64,000 nt of DNA from the human T2T-CHM13v2.0 reference genome, Homo sapiens. Each line of letters starts with the position of its first letter. The first letter of the stretch is position 1. The notes below the pieces were generated by a model. That model saw only the letters and a program-made list of their open reading frames with translations, searched no databases and was not told where the DNA came from. The position numbers were made by a program, and so were the translations under genes. Positions 26,915 to 41,400 of this stretch are shown here, in pieces. The stretch lies in the NCBI RefSeq assembly GCF_009914755.1, contig NC_060929.1, one strand, 5' to 3'.

Positions 26915-28963
26915 TTAATAGTCATATTTTGAGAGTTTTTGTATATATATATTTATTTATTTCTAGAATACATTAAAATAACAACATGGCTCATAAATAG
27001 AAAATCTTTTCTATATACTAGATAGTAATGTTTGCTATTTTTTACTGTTTTCTCTTTAGAAAATATCTGTACTACTTCCTAAAGTCATCTTTCACACCTC
27101 CTCTAGTTCACTTACTACTCCATGGGATACAAAGATGTACAAACACTCTCTACAGGCAAATAAACCAACCTCAGGCTCATCGATGAAGCAAGAAATAGTT
27201 TTGGAGTCAGGAAAGGGGACTATGTATGCTCTGAATGGCTGCCACTCAACTGTCCCTCAAGGAGCTCCCACTCAGAGAAGGCAAGATATGTGACACAATG
27301 ATGGTCCAGTTAGCAAGGAGGGAGTTCAGAGCAGGCAGATGACTCTGTGGGCTGGATAGGAGAGCTTATTGTAGGAACTTTCTTTGGAAGGATGCACAGG
27401 ATTAGCGTGGAGAGGTGAAGAGGGCACATCGAAGCGCCTGTAGGGGCCCAGCTCTCTGCTGTCTAGTCGCCGACTTCCAGGTCACACCCCACCACTTCAG
27501 GGTATGCAACTGTGAGCCAGCGTCACAAATCAGATCTGAATAGGGGTCTTCATGGCCAAGGGGTCAGGTTTCAGGTCCTCTCACCTCCAAGTTACACTGA
27601 AGCTGACCTTTTTCCACTTTTGCTGTGTTTTCTTAAGTCTATAGCACATACCATCTGTTTTCAATTTTGTGAAGAGTAATAAAAAAATCTAATCCAGTTT
27701 TTCAAAACACTTAATTTTTTTAAGGAAAAATAGTCTCTTTTTTCATTTTAGTACTTCAGCGTTTAACAAATGATATTTACTTACCAACACAATTTATGCA
27801 ATTTCCCACCCTGATAATGCATCTGTTTTTCTCCTGTCCATTTTAACACTTACTGTCTTCTTGCGTTAGCTATTAAAGACTGAGAGGAGTTAAAGATGTA
27901 AGCCAAAGCAGGTAATTTCCTAAAGAGAAGAAATGTACCTTAAATGATTTCTCTTTGCTAGACCTGTTTGTTCTCCCTTCATTTGGCTCTTTCTGAAGAA
28001 AATAAAGTAAAATAAAATAAAATAATAAAGTTGGGGTTGTGGGGGGTAATTAGCAACAAATATCTTTTGGATCCAAAGAGGTGACAGGAAGCCTCTGAAA
28101 GCAAGATTTTTAAAACAAACCCTAATTTCCTAGAAGCAGAGTTGGAGCTGGCCTTTTAACACTGTTGCACATTAATGCAGCTTCCCCTCCCATTGGGAAG
28201 CTGAGGCCCAAGTGGCAGTCATTACTGCCAGTAGCACAGTTACCCAGTGGATTCCCGGAAGGGCTCACTTGCAAGATTCAGTCAGATCATCTCCAGGGGC
28301 TTCCAGTTCCCATCATCTCAGGAATGAAATATTCAGTATCATCTTTCTGCACCTGATGCTGCCATGGATTAAATTCTTGCTGCCTCCATTACTGGGGAAG
28401 CCAAGAGGTTGGGCTGTAGTGATTGGATATGAAGTACTTAATGACTGCACTTGGCTAAGAAAAGGCAAGAAAAAGAACCGGCCAGAACCACAGTCTCTAC
28501 TGGTGGTTATGGGCTGGAGAACAGACCCTCCAGAGATGCTGTAGCTCAAGAATAATTTAGTTGAAAGACCTCCCCAACCTGCCCCAGACACAGCATATTT
28601 TGAAATCACATGCCCCATGACCTGTAGTCACCCACGATGACAAACAAAACTGTACAAATGGTGTTAGTTTTAACCTGGACAAGTTCACATTGGTTCCTCT
28701 ATTCTTGTCTGCTCCTCATAGTTTCCCCAAACTGCTGGGTTCAGTCTTCTGCTTTTTACTCTCTATTCCCTCTTTTTACATAAACTCCCATCAACTATGA
28801 GCTATGAGCATGAGTCCCAAATCAACTGCTTTGGTGCGATTATCTTCTTGGCAATATTAACTGCTTAATAAACAATTATTGAATGGTTGAATGAATGAGT
28901 GAATTGAATTCATGAGTTCAATTCACTCACTGACTTACGAATGTCATTTCCACCAAGCTCTAG

Positions 28964-29829
<866 letters not shown>

Positions 29830-30378
29830 ATGTCTTATGACAACTCTAACAACAAATTTGCTATCCTCTTTCCCAAATCCCTGCCTTCAACCTCAGCTAA
29901 TGGCTGGCTCATTCTCAGTTTCCTGGACTAGGCACTTCTGAGTCTCCTTCAGTTTTTCCCTGTCCCTTTCGCTTTCAGTCAGGACTGCCAGATTCTGTTT
30001 ATTCTGTACCTGGAATGTTTGTCAATCCTATTCCTTTTGTTTGTGTCTGTAGCAATGTTGCCAGTAGCTAGAACACTGCCTGGTATATTGTAGGCTCCCA
30101 CTAAATGTTGAATGAATGTGAGTTGCTACTCTCCTTTTCTGATTCCTTTTACATGTTCTTTCCATGGTGTATAATTTCCATTATGAAATCTCTGAGGGCG
30201 GGGCAGTGTCTTTTCCCAGCATTCCATCCAGGTCTGGAACATACAGTCACCCGTGCATGGTGAATGAATACATGGACTTACTCCTTGTCACCACCCAATT
30301 ATTGAAAAATGTCAGCAGTGGTGACAAGCACCAGGTAGGGAGTCAGAGGGCAGTGGGTTTAGATCTATGCTCTGTAAT

Positions 30379-30380
30379 TA

Positions 30381-30411
<31 letters not shown>

Positions 30412-30454
30412 GTCTATATATGTATATATATATATATATATATTTTTTTTTTTT
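30379..30454. repeat. Compound (CT)n-(TA)n-(T)n microsatellite
   Basis: Direct read. Confidence 0.9.
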
Positions 30455-31393
30455 CTGGCAAGATGCAAATCTTTTCAAATCATGGTTTGCTCCACTATAA
30501 AATGGGGACTCACCTTTTGGGGTGTTGTGAGGAATACACCGGGGTCTGGCTCAGGGTATCAGATAGCTGATAAGTATGAGTTCACATCATTATTTTCCTG
30601 TTGACAGAGAGCACCCAGGTTAAGTTCTCTTTATTAGCCAGTGGCTGGAGTGTGGCTGCAAATGCGCATTGAGGGGATGCAAGGGCACTGGCAGAAAAGG
30701 AGGGCAAAGAATGGGGATGGGGAAGGCAGAGAGGCAGGCGTTTTGCATTCAATAATTGAGTACAATTTGGAAACACTTGCCTTGTGTAGCCCTCAGCTGC
30801 CTGTGAAATTCATCTGAATCTTGTTCCGTTGGCCTATGGGGTATTTTCAAATACAAATTAGGTTGGCCAGAATTCCTTTTCTGCACCAACTCTCCTGGGT
30901 GCAACTTAGAGGTTATTAAGATGCCTAATAAAAGGAGAGAGCACATTTAATAACATTACCATCAGCTCCACGGAGCTGAGCTATGCGGGCCCACAGTGCC
31001 CCAGAGCCCACAGCCTCCCCCCACTGGTGCACTTGCTTAGAAGAGGCCCTATAATTATCCACATTTAAAAAGCACCATTAAATCCATCGAGGCAGTCATG
31101 TCCCATTTGCAGGGCCTTTCTGCCCACATTACTCGGGAGACCCAGGCCCTAGCTTCTTTTGGCGGGAGGAAAGGGGGAATAGATGGAGGTTCTTGGGCTA
31201 AAGTGATGGCTGGTTAAATTCACAAAATGGCAGTCTGCTAAGTGCCATTGTCATTCTTGCAGGAGCTTTTCCTCCCTTTATTTTGTGGATTTATTTAGCA
31301 AACCTTTCGTGAACACTTGCTAGGTTTCAGCACCATACCACCACTTCTCATGCGGGAATCCGTTGAATCCTCCCAAGGACTCCTGCAGTAGAT

Positions 31394-31602
31394 CAGTGGT
31401 TTTCAACTGGAAGTGTGCTGGGAGACATTTGGCAGTGTCTGGACATGGTTTTGGTTGTTACATCCTGATTGGGGAGGTGCTACCAGCATCCAGTGGGTAG
31501 AGGCTGGGGATGCTGCTTAACACCCTGCAGCACACAGGCAGGCCCTTACAGCGGTGAATTGTCTGGCCTGAATGTCAGTAGTGGTGAGGCTGAGCAACCC
31601 TG
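31394..31602 (+). mobile_element. MER20 inserted into a MIR
   Basis: CAGTGGTTTTCAAC...GAGCAACCCTG termini. 8-bp TSD CAGTAGAT / CAGTTGAT. MIR resumes at 31611 (GAGAGGTTAGG...GTCACACAGC). Confidence 0.9.
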
Positions 31603-31721
31603 CAGTTGATGCTGCTCTTTTCCTCCTTTGCAAATGAGGAATCCAAGGCCCCAGAGAGGTTAGGAGATTTCTGTGGTGTCACACAGCCAGTCAGTGGTAG
31701 ATCCATCGGAACCGGAGCTCT

Positions 31722-31722
<1 letters not shown>

Positions 31723-31752
<30 letters not shown>

Positions 31753-32207
31753 TTTTTCCATGTCTTTTTTTGTTGTTGTGGTTGTATTTTAGAACTTTTT
31801 TTTAAAATTATACTTTAAGTTTTAGGGTACATGTGCACAATGTGCAGGTTTGTTACATATGTATACATGTGCCATGTTGGTATGCTGCACCCATTAACTC
31901 GTCATTTACATGAGGTATATCTCCTAATGCTATCCGTCCTCCCCACCCCCCACCCCACAGCAGGCCCCAGTGTGTGATGTTTCCCTTCCTGTGTCCAAGT
32001 GTTCTCATTGTTCAATTCCTACCTATGAGTGAGAACATGTGGTGTTTGGTTTTTTGTCCTTGCGATAGTTTGCTGAGAATGATGGTTTCCAGCTTCATCC
32101 ATGTCCCTACAAAGGACATGAACTCATCATTTTTTATGGCTGCATAGTATTCCATGGTGTATATGTGCCACATTTTCTTAATCCAGTCTATCGTTGTTGG
32201 ACATTTA
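31723..32207 (-). mobile_element. 5'-truncated L1PA 3' end with extra 3' segment
   Basis: Antisense ORF2 C-terminus ([21 protein letters not shown]) and 3'UTR. TSD GGAACC(G/T)GAGCTCTT at 31708-31722 and 32208-32222. Confidence 0.95.
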
Positions 32208-32849
32208 GGAACCTGAGCTCTTAACATTGTGCTAGACTGCCTCCTGGTGTCTCACTCTGCACCCATTCTTTTCAGCTGAGCTCCCTCCCTGCCCCTGCTC
32301 TAGACTAGCTGTGAGCCCTCAGGAGCCACTTACAGTTATACTTACTGGGAGTAATATGATGCTTGCTCTGGTGGGAGATATTTCCTATAAAGAAGATTCC
32401 TTTGAGGAATAGAAAATTGTCACATATTTTGAATAAATCAATAACCTATGCAAGAGTGGAGTCTACATGTAGCTTAAATCTGTGTGAAATGTGAACAAAG
32501 TGCTCGTTTCCAAGCACATGTCTACATGCAGTTTTCACTTTAAATAAAGAGCCTCTAGTGGTTCTAGAAGCAGTGATCTGTGGGAGGAGCATTTGGTGGC
32601 CTGGAGCACAGGAGATGTGGTGTGCTGGAAATGATGGGGATCTGGAATCAGGAGCCCTGCCCTGTTTTCAACCTCAGGGCCTTTGCACAACAGCTCCCTC
32701 CCTCAGGAACACTCTTCTTTCCTCTCTTCTCCTGGTTCTTTCCTTTTCCTCCTACAGGTCTCATCATTAAAAATAATCTCCTACTGGGAGGCTTTGCCCA
32801 GATCTTGGTTAGGCCACTCCTATGTGCTTCCTGACATGCTAACTCTTTC

Positions 32850-33275
32850 AGATCGGTTCTGTCCAAAAGGAATATAATGAACTGCATATGTAATTTTAAA
32901 TCTTCTAGTGGCCATGTTATAAAAAATAAGGGACAGGCAAAATTAATCTTAATAATCTGTGTTACTTAACCCATATGTCCACAATACAAACATTTCAATA
33001 TATAATCAAATTATACAAAAACTGTGAGTGAGATATTTTACATTGTTTTTTAACAAGGTCTCTGAAATCTGGTTTGTGTTTTATACTTACAGTTCATCTC
33101 AACAGTGAAATGTATAGTCCTCATAAAACAGCAAAGCTACGTTTAGTAGAAAAATACACTGTATAATTTTTAAATTTAAATATGAATGAATTAAAATTAA
33201 ATTTAAAAATTCAGTTCATCAGTGTCACAAGTCACATTTGAAGTACTCAATAATCACACTAGGCACTAAGTCCTA
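32850..33275. mobile_element. MER33-like hAT-Charlie element
   Basis: CTGTCCAAAAGGAATATAATG...ATATGTAATTTTAAATCTTCTAGTGGCCA...CACATTTGAAGTACTCAATA; boundaries approximate. Confidence 0.65.
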
Positions 33276-33484
33276 GATTAAAAATTATGTTAAATTGAAG
33301 CTGCCTGTTAATTTGTCTTTTACTCCCACTAGATCATAATCTCATTGAAGTCAAGGATTATGTCATGTTCACCAAATTTGTCAGTGTCTGGCACAGATTT
33401 TGGCATATATCAAGCACTCAATAAATACCTGTTTGATGGCATGAGAGAATACTTCTAATCCTGGTGCCTTTGTAACCTTGATAG

Positions 33485-35940
<2,456 letters not shown>

Positions 35941-36328
35941 AATTCTGTTCCACTGTATGGTAATAAATGATATGTGGTCAAAAGCATTTGTGGTCCAACA
36001 AGTGTGAGAAAACAGAGCTCAAGACAAGTAGCAGGTTCCTTTACTGCAGAACTTCTCAGAGTATTGATTGTTTCAGTGCCTTGTGACTCACCAAAAGGAG
36101 GCTCCTGGATGTCCTATTCCCTCAGTGTATGTGATCTCAGAGCATTTGTAGGACTGGTGCTCCCTGGAACACAATCCAGGAAATGGTGAGGTGGCCATAG
36201 GTGCTTTTGGCTCTGACATTCCTCTAGGTTTAGTTCATGTTTTGGGAGATGGTCTCAAGGACTAGTGACAATGAACACCAATTTCCTTTCAGTTTTATTA
36301 GATTTATCCCTTGACAAAGAAGGATGGT

Positions 36329-36696
36329 TGTATTAGTTCATTTCCACACTGCTGATAAAGACATACCTGAGACTGGGTGATTATAAAGGAAAGAGGTTTA
36401 ATTGACTGACAGTTCCACATGGCTGGGGAGGCCTCACAATCATGGCGGAAGGCAAGAAGGAGCAAGTCACATCTTACATGGTGGCAGGGAAGAGAGAGAA
36501 TAAGAACAAAGTGAAAAGAGTTCCCCTTATAAAACCATCAGATCTCCTGAGACTTATTCACTACCACGAGGACAGTATGGGGCAAACGCCCCCATGATTA
36601 AATTATCTCCCACTGGGTCTCTCCCACAACATGTGGGAAATACGGGAGCTACAATTCAAGATGAGATTTGGGTGGGGACACAGCCAAACCATATCA
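36329..36696 (-). mobile_element. THE1 (THE1C-like) MaLR solo LTR
   Basis: TGTATTAGT...CTGCTGATAAAGACATACCTGAGACTGGG...CAGCCAAACCATATCA. Perfect TSD ATGGT at 36324-36328 and 36697-36701. Confidence 0.95.
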
Positions 36697-37059
36697 ATGG
36701 TAGAGAAACAACTCATTCTTGGCCATCAAGTGACTCAAAATCAATGTATTATCTTATTCAAGAACAAGTTGTTTCCAGATTGGATAGTAGAATTTCTTCA
36801 AATACTTGCTCATTTTAAAGGGGAAGCCACCTCCCATTCTACCTATTTCCACCTCCCATTCTACCTAAAAAGGCACACAATACAAATAGGTGAATTGCCC
36901 TTTTCTGAACAGCCAGCACAGTATTTGAAGTGGAAAAGCAATATTTGGCTCTCATTAGGGATGAATTATTTGACTGAACTATATGAATTTACTGACATTC
37001 AACTGTTTTGACCTACAAATATGACAACTTCATGTGGTTCAAACTACTAGTCATAATAC

Positions 37060-37540
37060 ATCTGTCTACCCTCATACCTATTAGTGGGAATCCAAAGTGA
37101 AATTACTTTCTGGAGAATAACAGTTTGGAAGTATATAGTAAAGTTTTAAACGTGTGTATCTTTGACATTATAGTCCATATCCAGGAATTTATCCTAAGAC
37201 CTTAATGGAAAAGTATACAGAGATGGATGTACAGAGATGTCTGTTGCAGTGCTGCTTATAATAGGAAAAACTGGAAGCCATCTAAACTTCCAATTGGTTA
37301 ATAATAATATTTTTATACGGTGGAATATTATGAAGGCATTAAAATGATAATGTGTATTTATATTTATTGGCATAGAATGATGCCTAAGACATATTTTAAA
37401 TAAAAAAGTAAATTTTAATTTTAACATGAGTAATATGATCTCATTAAATCAATATTTTTGAGTATATGTATGTATAGAAATATATTTAAAAGGATATATA
37501 TAATGCATTAATAAAAATTCTACCTGGATAAGTATAAAAA
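37060..37540 (+). mobile_element. Ancient L1M (L1MC/ME) 3' fragment
   Basis: Degenerate ORF2 end: CTTTCTGGAGAATAACAGTTTGG, CAGGAATTTATCCTAAG, AAAACTGGAAGCCATCTAAA, TGGAATATTATG. Confidence 0.7.
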
Positions 37541-38164
37541 GATTAGTTTCCACAAGGAGTAATACTTAGGTTATTCTTCATATGTAATGCCCTGTAATAT
37601 AATAGATATTTCCTATTGTAGGAATTTTAAGGCTTTTGACTCAGAAAAGTTGGGTGAAAGGGAGATGGAAATACATTTGTTTGTTTTAACACTATGAACT
37701 TTTGACTTCTGCTCTCTGTGAGTTTAACTTATGGAAGAAAACTCTGGGTTGACTTTATAATCTTGGAAGCAATTCTATGTTACTCCAATATATAATGATA
37801 CTTTACATGAATTCTAATGTCTTACTTTTCAGCTAACTTTTCAGCACACTGCCGTGCACGTTATATCATTTCCATTTACTCAGTGATTTTTAGGTAGTCA
37901 TGCATAGATATCTATTTTTTACACTATCTCTACAAGGTAGGAATAATTTCCCCCATTTTGCTGGTAAGAAGACTGGGCCTCAGGGAGGGCAAGAGGCACA
38001 AGGTCCCACTGCTAATGAGGACAAACCTAGGCTGATGTTCTTTGCCATGTTTTGTTTATGCATTCGTTTATCTTAAATTACCATCTACATCTGACTCTCC
38101 TACCTCTGAGCCCTCTGTCTGAGAGGCCTCCAGACTTTTCAGCCAAGTATACAGAAGTAAAATG

Positions 38165-38420
38165 AACACAGTGTTGCAATGAAAAGCCTAGCTGTGGGGT
38201 CAGACTTCCTGAGACTGAAGCCTAATCCACCACTTATTTGCTATGTAACATTTAACCGTTCCAACAACATTTTGCCTCAGGTTTTCCTTCTGCAAAATTT
38301 GGATAATGATAGTCATACCTACCTTGCAGGCTTGTGTGAAGACTGATTGAGACCATTCAGGTAAAGTCACATAGCTTGGTGTCTGGTTCATTGTGAGCAA
38401 GGGATAAATGTTAGCCACTG
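38165..38420 (+). mobile_element. MIR SINE
   Basis: GCCTCAGGTTTTCCTTCTGCAAAATTTGGATAATGATAGT...ACCTACCTTGCAGG core. Confidence 0.7.
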
Positions 38421-41400
38421 TTGACTTCCTCTTCTTTATCATTATCCTTACAACAATTTCACATGGGCAAGGGAACAGAGACAGAGGTTACATGCCTTGG
38501 CTAAGGTTGTACAGCAAGATGGAGTAGCTGTTTTTAAATCTTTCCATTCTGCAGAGGACACATATAGATTGGCCTGGAGGGTAGAAGATATGAGAGGGGG
38601 AATCAGGGTAGAAGTGTGTTTCACTTCTTGCTACATGCAGTGGGTGAATAAGATGAAACAGCAACTAATCCAACCCAGCCCCAAACCACAAATGTCAACA
38701 GATATTTTATAGTGGGGTAGGTGCCAACGAACATGTGACATGCTCTTTTGAAAATAAATGAAGCCGCATAGGGACTCTAAAGTAAAAAATAAGAACTGGG
38801 CTGTTTATGGATCTCCTCTGGCTCAATTTATGGTATTCTAAATGCCATGGCAGGAAGAGGCACCGCAGGAGAAGCCTTGGGACGCAGTCGAGAGGTCAGG
38901 GAATTGTGTTGTCTAATTGCGTCACTATGAGCAAGTCATTCAGAGCCTCTGCTGCATCATTATCAGCAAGGGTAATACAATGCCTGCTCTTGGGTTTGTT
39001 AGGATGATTTCAGGATTAGAGAGTTGGTTTTACTTCCTTTGAAGCTGAATCTCAAGAATGTACTTGAATTTTATTTTATCTTTTTTTCCCCTTGTTTTAC
39101 TTTCAGACAAGAACGGGATCTACTTTTCTTGATTTGTTTCACACCTGTCACCCTCTCAAATAAAATAAATGCGATGGTCAGTTCCCCAGAGGCTTTGACA
39201 CCTGCTTCTCTTTGGAAGCAATGCAGGAGGTGCAGTGTGTAATCAGAACAGTAAGCTTCCTTAGAGATTATCTAGTGGCCCCAGTCCGCTGGTTTTCAAC
39301 TTTTTTTTCTCGGTGGTAGAGCCCTTTCTGCAGAGGAAATTTAATATAGAGCCTCAATATATAAAGCATAAAAGGAGACTGCCTCGTCGAAACAAGAGTG
39401 CCACCCACCTCAACTCTGCCTTCCCCCAGAGGTCATCCCTGTGGTCCTCAACATAACGAAGTGCCCCAGAAGGCATCATTTAAAAATGTGCTCTTAAGGT
39501 TTGGTGGGCACAGCCTCACTGCTGGTTACAAAGCAGATGCCTGGGCCCCACCCTAAAACATCTAAATCAGAATCTAGGTTTTCAACAAGATCCCTAGCTC
39601 CTCCCTGAAATCTGAGAACCATTGGCCTCTCCCAATACTTTCATTTAACAGGTGAAACTGATACGCACAGTAGAGAGGTTCCTTGGCCATGGTCACATAG
39701 CCAGCGTGAGGGGGCCAAGCCTAATGGGCAAGACTCCTGGCCCCTGCTATCCTGCTTGCATAGGCTCCTTAGTTGCAATCAGCAGAACCCTTGGCTAAGC
39801 TAAGCAGGAGAACTTATTGGAAGGCTATTTCATGGTTCATAAAATGGGAGAAAAAGCTTAAGAATCAAGAGCCACAGCAGCTCCCCTGGAGTGGATGGCA
39901 GGAACTAACAGAGGGTTTCTTCAGAGTACCACTGCTGGGATAAGTTAGTTTCCACTATTTTTCATCCTCACAGCACTTTGTCAAAATCTTGTGAGAGAGC
40001 ATCTGATTGGCTCAGCTTGTACAAGGAGCCTTCCTTGGCCTGGGATCACAAAGAACCTTGACCAGTTGCCTCATGAAGACCTCACGCAATGGGTGTGCAA
40101 GAGTTCACTGAGGTGATGCTCTCAGTAGAAAGTGGAAATAGACATTAGGAGACAAAAGCCGACATATGCCCATGAACTCTGCCACCTTTTCCACCAGTGT
40201 GGACACTGTTCTGTCTTCCTGTTAGAGTCCATGCTTCATAGAAAAAAATCCAATTGAGACGAAGGGGTTAAGGTAAAATCTGTGGCTTAACTATCAGCCA
40301 AATGACATTTTAACAGCCTTTTTAGCATAGCCTGGCTGGGCTGAGACCTTCCTTGCAAAATGCCTTAATCCTTGGCCTCTAAATAGAGAGTTATTTTCAA
40401 TTTCTCCAGTTCCTAGCGTTTTAAATGGAAGTACTGTTCCCCTTAGAGCACCCAGTGGCTGGCTGGAGACCTTTATTGATATATATATAAATTACTCCAA
40501 TCCCCTCTGCTGCCTACAGATCCAATCATATTGAACTAATGCGCATATAAATAAAAACCTGGAAGTGTGGTTTATGGCAATAAGTAGTGCAGCCGAAGTT
40601 TATACCATTCTGCAAAGACACCTTGATACATTGCTGATAATCTTCATAATGTGTTTAAAGAGGCAGTGTGTCAGCTCAGGCCAGAGCACCCTTGGAACTG
40701 AATGGAAAATCTGATTCCCAAGTTTTTGATTGACCAAGAGAAGAATCTGTCCTGCCACGAGGAGGCCCACCCCAGGCTGTAGAGGGCTGAATGGCTAGAA
40801 ATCTTTTCCCAAAGTCACCAGGCTGTAAAGAGATGGGCTGGCCTGTAGAAAGTGCAGTGGTTGGTCCAGGAGTTCCCCTGTCCTTATTTTTTTTTGCAAG
40901 CCACGATGTGTGGTTAATTCTGACGGCAGCCTGGCTGCAGGGGAGTCACAGAAGGCCTCAGAATACTGAGGAATAGGCTAGGAATGTTCTTTAGAACAGA
41001 GACATTTTGCCCTGCAAAGATGTTCCAGACAACAATCTGGCAATGCTTCCACTCCTAGAGGAAAGTGCCCAGGTGATGTAACCTCCCTTATCTGCCTTCC
41101 TACAATGCACTCTGCACAGTACAGCCAACCCATCTTTCTAGAAGGTGAATCTGATCATGGCTGTTCTGCACACTCTCTCCCTCAATGACTCAATTCACCC
41201 TGTGAGCTTTGCAGGGTTTGGGCCATGCCCATTGCTACAGCCCTATTAAGTTCTACACTCCTTAGACTGCCTGCTGCAGCCACTGTGGCTATTCTATCTT
41301 TCACTTTTATTGTAAATGTTCTCTCTGCCAGGAATGCACAGTCCATGTACCAGCTCTCACCTGTTGACTATTATCTTGCCCACATCTTTTGTTCTCTTTA

